64,000 nucleotides of DNA from Magallana gigas (GCF_963853765.1 NC_088856.1:43896001-43960000), one strand, 5' to 3'. Counted from the first letter of the stretch, positions 48,031 through 61,114 are shown. Notes: a model not told the origin generated them from the sequence alone. Made by a program: numbers and translations.

Positions 48031-50221
48031 TTGTTTACTCTTTAAACCCACGTCCTATGAAGTCGAAGTTGTTTATTGTCTATTTGACCTTTTGGTACTT
48101 TGTTCAATATATTTTAATATCAACGACTTTATTAAAAGCACGCTATTAAATATAAAAGCGATAAAGCATTTGTAATTAGAACGATTTCATCAGTCAAAGA
48201 AGTAAATCACTCGCCCACTAGCACAGGCTACGGACTTTCCAGTTATGTTCTTCTTTTAAAACTCGTTAAAAACGTATTGCTCTTTTGCTAAAATGACCTA
48301 CTTATATCTTTAAATTAACATTTCTGTACGGTACTAACCCAGGACAAACAATCATCTAAATCAAGCATATCATTGTGGCGTTTATAATTACAGCGCGTGA
48401 CGTAAAGCGCGTGAACAGTACAATAAATGATTGAGGAAATTTTGCCTTTATGACAAACACAACCACGATACAGAACATATGCGTCCTTTTTATTATTAAA
48501 CATGTCTGATTTCCGGTTGTTCAGATCGTCGTTTTAGATATAGAGGTAGATATTAATCCTACTGATTTTATAAAGGCTTAAATGACAGTTTAGTTTAATA
48601 CAGAAAATTAAATTTTAAAGGACTGATACCCTGAAATAAAAGTATGTACAGGTGGGCAGGCAGTGTACATCACTATTTTATCTATCTTGTCCTTCAATAA
48701 ATATCACTATAAATGGTGAAATGTCAAACAGTGTACTTAAGAGTGTTCGTTGTTCGTGACCATTTTTAGACTATCTAAATCGATGTACTAACCAACTTTA
48801 TAATTAAAATATCAAATGCTATCTCAGTACGAAATTAAGTATACCAACTATTTTTTTAAATCCTTCGGTTCATAATTTTTAATATAAAAAAAAAATATTT
48901 CATCCTTTATTTGTGAAAAAAAATATCTATAAATCATGTACCAAATTCATGTACATGTATATTTTTATTATTACTGAGAAAAGTACAAATCTATAAAAGG
49001 TACCAGTATGCTTTATACCGAATGTAAATGAAATCTGTTTTATCCGATTAGTGAGCAGATATTGATTAACTCTATAAGTTATCACCGAGTCTTCCTTATT
49101 CTTCTCCTGTGTTAATTTTCTCACGAGACACCATTACAAGCTTTGCTTCTATTCGAACTCTCAAGATTTTATCTTACTTTTTTCACCTCTCTGATTAAAG
49201 TACAAGAGAGTTATAGGTGTGGAAAACATCGTTACTCCTAAATGCAGAATTGTTGTATACAGTTCAGAGCATGAAGTGCATGACTGACGAAAAATATAAA
49301 AGTACATTTTCAAATTCATTCCGATACTAGATACTTGTGGAATCTTCATATAGAAAACCTTTGATATTTAAAATCAGGAAACGTGTGCGTAATACTTTCC
49401 GAAAAGTATCGACACTATAATAGACTTATATAGTTATTCATTATTGGTTATCATCTGAAATGATGCGAAATCAGACCAAGTCGTAAAAAAAATTACACAC
49501 CAAAGAGAAATATCGCTTTGCGCTAACTTACGCGTGGTATTGATTGTTTTAGTCTAGGTCATTAAAACAAATTGATGTTACCTTTTTCATCGAAAAGACC
49601 AGCCTTGATTGTCTGATGCCCTTAAACAATAGAATTTCACCTCGATTTCGTGGGAACTAATGAAATTAATTTCCTTCGCCTTACGATTGATACATTCAGA
49701 TTCATCGATTTTATTGTTAAATGACACTGAATGTGTTATTTTCAACAAAATTGGGACTTTTAGAAGAATGCTGTCACGACAGTTATGTTTTGCTTAAATA
49801 TAGTACATTTAAAATCGCGTAAGTGCAGGTCATGAACTAATTTTTAAAAAATCTGAATTCATAATGAAGTATCATTTTAGCTATTTGTGGAATATTAATC
49901 ACTTAATATTATTCTACACAATTTCGGTGAAAAACATTTACAGATGGGCTAAAGCGTTATCAAGTTTTGAACTGAAAAAAATCTGTTTTATTCTATCCGT
50001 AACTTCTTAAGTTTTTATATCGTACACTATGTTATTGTTTTTACACAATAGTTGCAAACGGTTTTGCTGGAGACATGAAACAGGTAAGTTTAGGAAGACA
50101 CTTTAACACATTCGAATTTGCTCAGTTTTAATTTCGCCCGCTGACAACGAGCGCGAAATTTAAAAGGACCAAAAATAAGAAAGGACGAACATTTCCCTGT
50201 ATACAGTAAATAACCACAAAT

Positions 50222-50240
50222 CTTGATAAGATAAGATTGA

Positions 50241-50272
<32 letters not shown>
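50222..50272. repeat. (GATAA)n microsatellite, imperfect
   Basis: Directly visible. Confidence 0.9.
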
Positions 50273-50273
<1 letters not shown>

Positions 50274-53200
50274 TTTCTATACGATGTATCCAAACAATGA
50301 ATATATCGCTAAAAAGAGGCTCATGGGCAACCTGAGTAACAATTACATGTAATAGACATAACAAAATCAGCTTTACAGAGACATAATTTTACAATAAATC
50401 CGAACAAACTAGCATAACAGATTCTGTATCAAAAAAGTTCTATTTTCCCGCCGGATATTATATATATTTTATTATTGAGCTCTAATTATCACAAGATAAT
50501 TTTATAGTCATTTTACATATTGGGCATTACAGTTCTTCTGAAGATCTATATCAACTGGGATTTAAATCTACATCAAAGTTGTAAAACCAATGAATTGTCC
50601 AGGGGCCGAAGTCTAAACAATTCTAAAGAATAAACAATATGTAAAAATGCTTACATATAAGTAAAATCATATATTATAACATTTGAGTTTTTTTGAATTT
50701 CAAGTGTTTTTCTTTGTAAGATTGGAGACCCCCTATGTGGCCGCATTCTACTCCAGAAAAATAGGATTATCATATACATGATATATCTGATTTTGAAGGA
50801 TTCCGATTGGATTAAATTTTTCTTGTGAGAAATCGGTCAGAGTCGCGTATAGTTCGTTCAAATTGGCTTAAACATTCACTAGTATATAAATACATCTTTG
50901 ACAAATTGCCAGCTTAGAATTTGACGTCAATTTGTCAAGATTATTAATATTGTCGAGATCCTTGAACAAGTTCAATATTTATATTCTAAGGACACAGTAG
51001 GGACCAACTTATGAAAGAATTGACGTCAAAAGTTACATAAAATTTCCCGTGATGGCGGGGTCAGGACTTCTGTTTATGCTTCATCTTCAAATCATCAAAA
51101 TTAATCATATCAATGACAGCTTCAATCTTGTCAGTAATGTAATTTCAAATTAAATAAGATATTAACGATAAATCTTAAAGGAATAGTTAATCTTACTGTT
51201 TTTCAATCAATTACTAATTTCTAAGAAAATCAATGTTTCAATTCGATTTTATCACAGTTCACTGACAGATTAAAATATCAAAAATACAATAGGAAAATAA
51301 CATCTTCTATAAAAAAAACAAAAAAACAAATAAAAAAAAAAAAAAACCTTTAGGAATATTTTTAATTCTTCTTTAATTTAAAGAAAATTTTTGAATACCT
51401 AATTGAATATATATTAAATGTAGGAAATATTTTCAATCTTCTTACCCTCCCATTGAAAATATAAAAAATATGTTCACCATAAGATGTTTCCCTCTTTTTC
51501 TTAAATAACAGATTTAAGTCCATACAAAAACTGAAAAAAAATCTATGCCGTGTTTTAACATAATTTATGTTTATCTACATTGCTACTAAAAAGGAGATTA
51601 ATAAACTTATGTTCATGGAATTTAATACCTATATATTGTCTTTAATAGCATCTTATTCATGTATAATATAAGTACTGTGTACACGCACAGATCCTAAAAC
51701 TTTCCGGGAGGGGGGAGGAGTAGATCCTGTTTGCATTTTGGTCCGAAGCGTATTTTTATTAAATTTTATTATGTGAATTGAGTTAAGTCAAATTTTACTG
51801 TGGGTTTCAGGCTTTACTTAGATCCGCACAATCATGCAGTATTTCGAAAAGAGTAGTGTTTTCTGATTATTTTCTCTTTATATATTAATATCTTTTTCAT
51901 AAATTAGACTATACATTATTAATGGCTGGTTGTCTCTTACGACAAATGTCATATGAAACAAAAAATGAACACATCTTTGGAAAAGATCAATGTGTTTATC
52001 TACTGTTATCATTACTTTTCCCTTTGATGCAGATGATCTGCACCAACTAAGTTGGAAATTAAAATCTCTTCCTAAGACGGTAAGTACGTAGCTAATTAAC
52101 TCTATATCAGATACTCGTTCGTCTTAACTAGCACTATAATCAAGTAATCATTGATCGCTCTATCTGATAATAATGTTCATTACATACCAGACTTGAGGCA
52201 GTGCTTAATGTAATGTGGTAATGTATTGCAATGCATTACAAATGCTAGTGATGTGTAATGCCACAAATTTAGCATTACAAGTAATGGTAATGTAATGAAT
52301 TACTTTTCAAAATCTAATCTAATGCTGGTATTTCATGACATTATTTTGCATTACTCTTGACTGCTTATTGATGCATGTTCATTTTTTAAATTGTGATGCA
52401 TTGCCTAACTGAACAAGTTTTTATTCAAGATTTATTTTAAAAGAAGAAAAATAATTCTTGAGAAAAATATAATATTATATCTGTTGTTTTATAAAAAGGA
52501 TACAAAATCCAAACGCGGAACTCTAAACAACTTAGAAGTAGGACCAGGGACCATGGAGGAGAAAACATCCTCTGCTGACCGGTCACAGCAGTGTGGCAAC
52601 GCACTTTGAAAAAACTTTTTAAAGTGCGTTAAGAAGGCCCATCAATATGTTTTAATACCGAGATACGTTAAGCTTTCCGAAAAAAATATGTATAAATCAC
52701 AAATTCTGCACGGAAATGAATTTCTTATTTGTTGATATTATAATAATTTGTTAGCACAAGTGAATCTAATGTACCGTCTTTCAGAACGGTGGAGTGGAAT
52801 GTTTTTAGGAATTGGAAGTGAAATTTTTTTTTTATCAAAGTCATTACTTTAAAAGGGTATATAATGAACTACAAATGGTCTTTTTATTATATCTAGTTTA
52901 TCATGATACATCTTAGGAACAAACTAAATATGGCGGCTTCCTATGCTATAATAAGTCGGAGGAATAATTTACGAAGAGAAAAGTAGGAACAAGATCTAGA
53001 ATAATCCACTCAGCTACATCGATGATCTTGAAATAATGCCAAGGTTATTATAATAATATAAGGCTCCCTCGAATCTGATTCCGGGAATATGCCATGAGAT
53101 AGAGAACGTCATCACAAGGCCAACAAGAAGGACACATTTATATTTCACAATCACCGTCCCATCAGATCGTTGCTACTTTGTTTTTTTTTTGCCACCGGGA

Positions 53201-55175
53201 ATTTCCATGCAGACAGTTCTGTGGATCTCCATGGTATAAGTAAATCTAGCATACACAGTTTTTGGGGATTGTAAGTGATGTGTCAATATCCTTAGTTAAA
53301 AGTTTAAGATATATTAGATAACCTTAGAATTTAGCGGCAATTACTTCTTCCATGTTTGATTTTACGAGAAGATAACTTTTTTTTTTGGTTTCCAAGCGTT
53401 ATAAGAGTAACCCACGGAACACATGTTAGAGATACGTGCACTTTTTTAAAAGGAAAATATAGTTGTTCATTGGAAATTTATCATTCAATAAAGACAATGG
53501 CTGTCCATGATGCCAAATTAAATATTACCAATATGGTAGCAAAATGGTCTAGATCAACTCATGATTCATTTTTGTGGATTACAGTTCCATACTTTACCAA
53601 ACGGAGAATTACCGAGTAATTGACTATTTACTATAATGTTGATAATTGCAATATACGTATCATTAGGAAGATGTTTGGTGTTGTAAACACTATTTTGCAT
53701 ACTGCCTGCAACATTTTTTTTAAAGTAAGATATCAACCACCAATAGATAGTGGATGTGCGAGGCTGAAACCATATACACTGTATACTCTTAGCAACTCAT
53801 ATGACAGAGACATCGGTTGCCCCAATTTCAAAAGCATTTTGATTGCCCTTTTGCCAGTCACTTGAGTATAGTGTAATAAATCCTCTCTAAAAAGCAATAT
53901 ACACTGTACCTAAGTGCCGTGAATTGCAAACATGAAATGTTATTCTGCTACGGTTCAGGGTTCAATCTTACGTGTATATGTAGTAAGTAAGCTACCAGCA
54001 TTTACAAGGTTTCCGCGCGAAGAAGTTGAAATAACATTTATATAATTTTTTAACACTCCTCTTGGCCTGCAATATGTTCATGTACATAGTGAATGACATT
54101 CTATAGCAGAGAGTCGTCAGTGTAGAATAATATAAAACTAAATTACAGATATGAAACATACTTGTAAAGAAAGATACATAAATCTTTATGATCATAATTA
54201 TTTTGATAGATAACATCTTTTGTGGAAGTACTTTATACGTGCTTTAAGGAGGCTGGTTGGTCTACAAAATAACCATAAGATCTGCCTTAAACTTTCAGAT
54301 TTATACATGTATATTCTGCCATAACTGACATTTTGTAATTAAATATATTCAAGCTTTCAAACTGGACCATTTTCCTGAGTTCTTATACGGACGTCTTTAT
54401 CTCAACGAAATTAAACTAGTTTTAAGATGGCCAAGACCATCGAGCCTTCTCAGTTCTAGGCAGTTTCAGTCTCTTCAAAAGAAAGACAACCCTTAATGAA
54501 AGAAAGTCTTGGAAACTCTGAAAACTGCGGTGCATAAAATCTTAAACAAATTTTAAGTACGGTTTCTGTAAAAATTTTATAAAATCTGTCGTGTTAGTGT
54601 ATTTTTCTCTTCTTTTTATCTCTTGAATTAAAAAACAGATCCAAAAAAAAAATCATAATTTAAATTAGTAATTAAAGAGATTGTCCTCTCGCGTCAAGAA
54701 ATTCTATAAATGAAAATCCATAATTTAAGGAATATGTATACATGTTTAGAGAAGTTCAACTTTTCGTAAGAAGAGAAATTATGCCGAAATTCGGCTGCCT
54801 GTTTTTATGAGATGGGAAGATTTTAGTCTCTAATCGCCCTTTTGAAATTTTAACTTAAGATATTCTTCTAATAATAATTGCTATAAAATATTTGTTTCTT
54901 ACCTTTACAAAATCCAAATCAGAAAAGAAATCAATTTGTTGATTTGAACTGTTTATATTTGCTTTAGTTTCGCAGAATGGAGTCAAGTCTCAATTGTCAA
55001 GTCGTAGAAAAATTCCTGTTGAAAATGTTGTTAGTTTAACGATCTTGTAATAAATGTTTACCCAATTTACTTGACAATAAATGTGTATTGTCTTTTACCA
55101 TGGCAAACAGTTGTACGAAATTCGATAGACATTCATGTAAGGGTTTTTTTTGGATCCTGAAATATCCAAAAGAAG

Positions 55176-55176
<1 letters not shown>

Positions 55177-55243
<67 letters not shown>

Positions 55244-55248
55244 GCACA
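55177..55248. repeat. Compound (CA)n(CG)n alternating purine-pyrimidine tract
   Basis: About 25 CA units followed directly by about 8 CG units. Confidence 0.95.
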
Positions 55249-55493
55249 GCAGCGATGCAATACCCCTTTCGGAACAAGTTGCACGAGGTCAAAAAATGAT
55301 ATCTGAATATCTTGAATTGAAACAAAATGCCAATACATTTATATGCAAATGGTCTCAGTTGTTCAATAGTGTAATAAAGATTGTAACGTGTAAATGTATC
55401 TTTATTATTTTGTATACCTGACAGTAGAAAACATAATACTAGTATAACTTGACATAGCAGAACTTTGATATAATATAACTGCCCTTATGTAAC

Positions 55494-55498
<5 letters not shown>

Positions 55499-55582
<84 letters not shown>
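55499..55582. repeat. Interrupted (TC)n microsatellite
   Basis: Directly visible; interrupted by tgagac. Confidence 0.95.
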
Positions 55583-56232
55583 GCTCTCTCGATCGATAGC
55601 TCAACTCATCTGAAAAATAATCAGCATGATTTTATTAAATGTTGTAGTCAATCAGGACATAATGTTTAGTTGTGAGTATATTATTCTACCAATTCTGATG
55701 TCTTTAATCGCTGTTAAAAAAATCTAGTTTGTTGCTCGTTACGCCATGCACTTGTCATTTGCATGCTTGCAGGAGTCTCTTATTTAAGGAGGCTTGGTGG
55801 TTAACAAATTCGCCATCAGATCTTGCTAAGATTTTTTGTAAAGAAAAATGTTTAGCTTTGAAAATTGAATATATTTAGTTAAATAGTTATACAGATATAT
55901 TTTTTTTTAAGGGAATTAATATAGTATAATAAAGTAAACAACAATGGTAAACGCCATCTAACCCTTTAAATTGCAATATTCACTCGTTCAATTTAAGTGC
56001 CAACAAAAAAAACCTTTTGAAAAACATGTATTGATCAGAATGCACCTAGGGAAATCGGTTTAATTAGGAAGCAGACTTTGCGGAGATTCTAATGGCATCA
56101 AATATTTTAATGCTTATGTAACGTGCAAGGGGGTCACTGCCTGTGATCCCCCGCGGGCCCGTACCCGAGATAGAATCGGATAGCCCTGATTGCTGCCAAT
56201 ACTTACAAGTGCAGACTTTAATCACCACTCCT

Positions 56233-56646
56233 GCACATATATAGGGACTCAACGTTACGCAGGCAGGGATGACCGCACACTTACGCAACTGAACAGATAC
56301 CAACGTTAACGCAAGCAGGGATGACCGCACACTTGCGCCAACAACGCAACCTAACGAAAGCAGGGAGTGCCGCATACTTGCGCTAGAAAGGCCAGAACAC
56401 CAGCAGGGATGACCACACACTAGTGCTCCGCCATAACCACCACCAGTACTAGCAGGGATGACCGCACACTTGTATCAATGCGATACAGGGCAGGGATGAC
56501 CGCACACTCTGTATCGTAGGTTAAATAACACGAAGATTAGAAGGAGCAGGGATGTCCACACCCTCAATCTATCCGTACCTGTTCAAGTTAAACCCCAAAA
56601 AGTCGTTCCTTCAATCACGCAATTGACACTGTCCCTATATATGTGC
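56233..56646. repeat. Repeat-spacer array: 7 x 19-bp GCAGGGATGACCGCACACT with unique 19-37 bp spacers, enclosed by a perfect 16-bp inverted repeat
   Basis: Repeats at 56263, 56315, 56360, 56403, 56452, 56490 and 56546; IR gcacatatatagggac (56233-56248) / gtccctatatatgtgc (56631-56646); no cas-like ORF in the window. Confidence 0.9.
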
Positions 56647-57944
56647 CGGCCTAAAATAATTTGAAGTATCTAAAAACGGGAAATCAAAAATAAACAAAGT
56701 AACCCAACCTTATCCAAAACTACATATGCACAACACCTTAGTTAAATTGAATATTTATTATTGTATAAAAAATAATCATTACACTGATTGGTAATTATTG
56801 GTAACATTATTTAAATAATCAAAAATCAATTAATCAAAGGGGAATAACTCTTGCTAAAAAAATACATCAATAAGCTGCCCGCTTCACTTATATACATTAC
56901 CTTCATTTAAATCATTCAACGATTTAAATTGCTTTGTCAAAACATGATCTTTAAATACTCGATATCAAAGTAAACATGTTTAAGTAAAAGAATTTTTAAT
57001 TCGTATATATTCATAGCAGGACATATGTGTTATATTACACACAAAATAGCATTTTATTTTTCTATTCCCTGCGTATCTCCAAGCAATAGTAATTACTCTT
57101 AAGGAATCAAAGGATTAAGGTATCAATTTATAAAGAAAATATTTTACCATGTCAAAAATAAATTCCAATAAGTTTCAGATACCTGGTTTTGAAAAAAAAA
57201 ACGAAGCCTTGACATTGCATATACAAGGAACAGCCATTTGAGTTTTCAAACCAACCTTATACAATACTAGATAAATCAAGCACCTTGTCGTATTGCACCA
57301 TCGAATTATCTGTCAATGATGTGGCTCTATGATGTAAATAAAGTTTATAACTATTTTTGTAATATGTCAATGCCTGTTATATTATACAAGTATGATATTT
57401 TCGACACTCATATTCAGCTTACTAAATACGCCCCCATTAGGTTCTTTTTTTTTCAACAGTTTTGTCTGTCTTTGTGAAAATCTCTTTTAAAGAAAAAAAC
57501 AACAACAAAAACCACAATTATTAGTTGTATTCGACGAGGAACATTGTTAAAACTTTTAAGTGGTAGTAGTAGTAGTGAAGAAGAACATTTTCTGCTAATC
57601 TGATCAAAAAGCGATTGCTTACAAAAGTAATAAAGATATACAAGATACAATTGTATACGTATGTAAATACATTTATAAATGTCACATTGATAAACGACAA
57701 GCCTTGATCTACGACAAAATCATAATTGAGATCACGTCAGACGTGAATTAGTTTTTCGTTGTTTAGTCGTTTAGTCTTTAGCTGGACAGACTGGTTTGTT
57801 AAGAAACGAAATAATGGGGAAAAGGGAACATATGCTTAAAGCAATTGTCCTCGGTCACACTGAAAGTCAATCTATATGTTAAAATGATAAGTTAATGGAA
57901 ATCGCCTCTGCCGACAAGTTTGGCTAATTGATCTTTTCTTCTAG

Positions 57945-58404
57945 TTTTTTAGCCGGGCTCTGCTGAAAGCAGAGTCCTGGCTATAGGCAGGCAAATCGCC
58001 AATGTTACTGTAAATAGCACAAGTAAACAAAAAACCAAACAGCGTCAAGGTAAAGCTTCCGCTATACCAAATAGTTACACAAAGAGCCACGTTTTGTAAA
58101 AAGTGTTGGCATTTTGTTTCTTTTTTTTTTAAATTTCGAATGAATTGTCTATCTGTTTGAGTTTTCTTATTAACAATGTGTTTTTAACACATTACTATGC
58201 ATTTTGGACACATACAATGCACATGAATTTCCATGAACTACTTTGCTGCGCGATGAAGAAATGGGGATTGAATATATAATGCTTGTTGCAAAATTCAAGG
58301 CAGCAACTGTTGAACTTTTTAACTTCTACTAGACAGACATATTTTTTGTTTATAGCCGCTTACAAAATTTGGTCGCTCTCTGATGCTTTGCCGACATTAA
58401 AAGC

Positions 58405-58472
<68 letters not shown>

Positions 58473-58540
58473 CAGTCTTACTACACAATATGCATAAAGA
58501 CACACCAAAAGAGCCCGGCTTTCAGTACTTCAATACTTTG
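57945..58540. mobile_element. HINE/Helentron-like non-autonomous element containing a (GA)n tract
   Basis: 5' ttttagccgggctctgctgaaagcagag hairpin; the subterminal IR agccgggctc has its reverse complement gagcccggct at 58511-58520; (GA)n at ~58407-58468. Confidence 0.6.
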
Positions 58541-58547
58541 ATTTACA

Positions 58548-58740
58548 TACTGTATTGAGGGTTAGTTTCGGCTAGTGTTATTTCCGCAGTCTCTCACTGG
58601 AAAAAAATACAGTCTTAATTTTTTCCAGACAAGGTTGTGTTTAAGGAGAAGAAAAATTGAGACTTTCAAATTCGCCCGCTGACAACAAAGGCGAAGGGGG
58701 CGAAAATAAAACTGGGACGAATATTTCTCTGTATGCAGTA
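58548..58740. mobile_element. Tc1/mariner-like MITE (TA-flanked); related 3' end at ~50120-50208
   Basis: tactgta ... aattcgcccgctgacaac...gacgaatatttctctgtatgcagta; the same tail (atttcgcccgctgacaac...gacgaacatttccctgtatacagta) occurs near 50130-50208. Confidence 0.55.
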
Positions 58741-59538
58741 AGACATCAGTTCTCAGTACACTGACTGGAACAAATAAAGTGTTTTAATTTTTTTTCATTT
58801 TTAGAGTTTCATTATAGTATATACGCTGTTTGTCGTCCTAAGCAACCGTTATGATGCAAAAGGATTTCGTTTTGTTATAATAACTGTTGAATCGTTTAAA
58901 TTCGTTGGGACCATTTTTTTGGGGGGTAGATTCTGATTCATTTGCTTATTGGTGGGGATGTTATTTTGTGAATGCGTCGCTAGATATAAACTCTTACATA
59001 AATAGCTTTCGTCATTGATCTAGATTCAACAGTATTTGACAATATGTAGAGTGTACAGTTGCGTATAAATATAAAATAGCCAGAAAAAAGTACCTATTAC
59101 TGTAATGGAGAACAAATTATCTTCAAAAATCTGCATAAACCAATAGACTTCAGTCAATTGGAGTTCATTTTTTATTGTAAATATCAGAATAACATACAAT
59201 TCAAATAATACAACAAAATTGTTCAACAGACAACTTCAAGAATAACAACACACCGGATGTAATACGAGTGGTTTCATCATTATTCGACATATTTATAACT
59301 TTGTTGATTTCGTTGCTGACTTCATCCAGGATATCAAAATTAAAGTTATTTAAAGGGCACTATATAATAACAAATTGAATTGAAAGAATCATTTCCACGA
59401 AATATAGTATCCTACAATATATTACTTTAAAATTTATTTAATCTACAAAGATTACCACGATATTGATGAAACCACAGTGTCATGGGAACTATTAACAATT
59501 TAGTGGAATTCTATAGATAAACTTCAAAATTCATAGAG

Positions 59539-60672
59539 TTACGTCCAGCTTCTGAGAGTGCTAGTACGTTCCAGGTACTCAATCCTGTCACTACATCCTA
59601 AGCGAAGCCTCGAGGACTCGTACATGAAACTAAGTGATCTTTGGAAATGTTTCCCATACAAGGCATACAAAAAGAAGTTCATGCTGAAAGAGGCATATAA
59701 GACTATTTGAGATAGTTCTTGTATGAAATATTGAGCCATGCTGATGTTGTAGGCGTTTGACGGGTTCACAAAGGCAGATATGAGGGAGGAAAGTTTGAAC
59801 ACGTGGCTTGGCAAATTCAGAACAAGAAACGTAGTGGAGACTAGGAGCAAAGTCCGCGTCACTCTCATTTGTTGTTTTGAACGAAGAGCTCTATGCTTGA
59901 CTCGCTTGGCATCTCTTGGCGTTAAGCAACCTTTCCTTTTTTCCTGAAAGGTTGCTGCTGTACAGGCAACACGCATGTTCATGAAAAAAATTAGCGTGAA
60001 TGGAATTAGCATGGTTACAACTGTGTCAACCCACGTGATAACATTCAGAAATTGTATGTAGTTGATCTTGTAGGTACACCTTGTGATGGAATTTGATGTG
60101 TACACGTCAGTTGTCCAAGAAGCGAAATTGTACAAAACAACCGAGAGCATCACGAATATGATGACAGCAACCCTTTCTCGCACCTGCGTACAGAACACTT
60201 TGGCCCTCAACGGATGACAAATCGCGATGTATCGCTCGGATGTAAATCCCACCACAAACCAGACAGACAGGAAGCTGGAGACGTATGTTAGATAAGAGAT
60301 AACCTGACATATTCTCACAGAAGTCAGGATGTTATCCACGGAGCCGTCGAACCAAGAAAGGAAGAGACAGATCAAAAACACATTATCAGTACAAGCTAAT
60401 GCCACCAGAAACGTAGAGGAAGAGGATCGACGCAGATAATTTGAGGTGAAAACCGACATGGAAACTGAATTTCCGAAAACTCCCACGAAAACGATTATAG
60501 GAATAAATACGTTTCTCATCATTTTGGCCAAATTGTAGATCTCCATATCATTAACTTCATCTTTTACATCGGTCAGTGTTCTGTTTTGAAGTGACTTGGT
60601 ATCGACGTAAATGGAATACGTGTTTTCAAAGTTTGCTGATATATTCATGACTGGATTATCTGTCGTATCCAT
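59539..60672 (-). CDS. Class A GPCR, FMRFamide/sex-peptide-receptor-like group, 377 aa, paralog 2
   Basis: GVFGN, LACTD, ERYIAICHP, FLVLNLP, SMNFFLY; long identical stretches with paralog 1 (e.g. RSKQQMRVTRTLLLVSTTFLVLNLPSHV); acceptor ctatttacag|ATG. Confidence 0.93.
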   Translation of the reverse strand: MDTTDNPVMNISANFENTYSIYVDTKSLQNRTLTDVKDEVNDMEIYNLAKMMRNVFIPIIVFVGVFGNSVSMSVFTSNYLRRSSSSTFLVALACTDNVFLICLFLSWFDGSVDNILTSVRICQVISYLTYVSSFLSVWFVVGFTSERYIAICHPLRAKVFCTQVRERVAVIIFVMLSVVLYNFASWTTDVYTSNSITRCTYKINYIQFLNVITWVDTVVTMLIPFTLIFFMNMRVACTAATFQEKRKGCLTPRDAKRVKHRALRSKQQMRVTRTLLLVSTTFLVLNLPSHVFKLSSLISAFVNPSNAYNISMAQYFIQELSQIVLYASFSMNFFLYALYGKHFQRSLSFMYESSRLRLGCSDRIEYLERTSTLRSWT

Positions 60673-60962
60673 CTGTAAATAGAAATCAAAGTACTGAAGT
60701 ACTGACGAGAGTTGATTTTATCGATTATCATTCATCTTAAAATCAACGATATGTTATTTTCCTTGGCAAGTAGTTTATAATCTCTATTTGAATTACGCAC
60801 ATTTTTATAATATGGATTCTCTGATTTTTCCGACAAGAATTTCGAGAAAATATCCTATGAATCATGTTGTGTAATATTTAAAAATCGAATTGATTTCATC
60901 AAACTATGTATCGGTATTCGAAATATTTCAAAAAGTGTATGGATCCAACCAATAATGAACTC

Positions 60963-61114
60963 TAGTCTCGTTCAACCAGATGCTCGGCTGTCTCCGTTAA
61001 TCTCTGACAAGTAAGAGATACCAGGTCACGTGATAGCTCGTGCGACCTCTAAATATAGACTAACTCTCTGCTTGTCGGAGATGTACGAAGACAGCCGATG
61101 GCTGAACGAGAATA
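60963..61114. mobile_element. ~150-bp MITE with TAG...(C/A)TA-type TIRs
   Basis: tagtctcgttcaacca / tggctgaacgagaata (14/16) plus an inner IR tcggctgtct / agacagccga. Confidence 0.6.

Noticed and set aside
55036-55338. ORFs with CVCVCV / HTHTHT runs
   Set aside because: Translation of the (CA)n(CG)n tract
56263-56564. Calling the repeat-spacer array a bona fide CRISPR locus
   Set aside because: No cas, TnpB or Fanzor-like ORF anywhere in the window; repeats are short (19 bp) and not palindromic; spacer lengths vary about 2-fold; the context is eukaryotic
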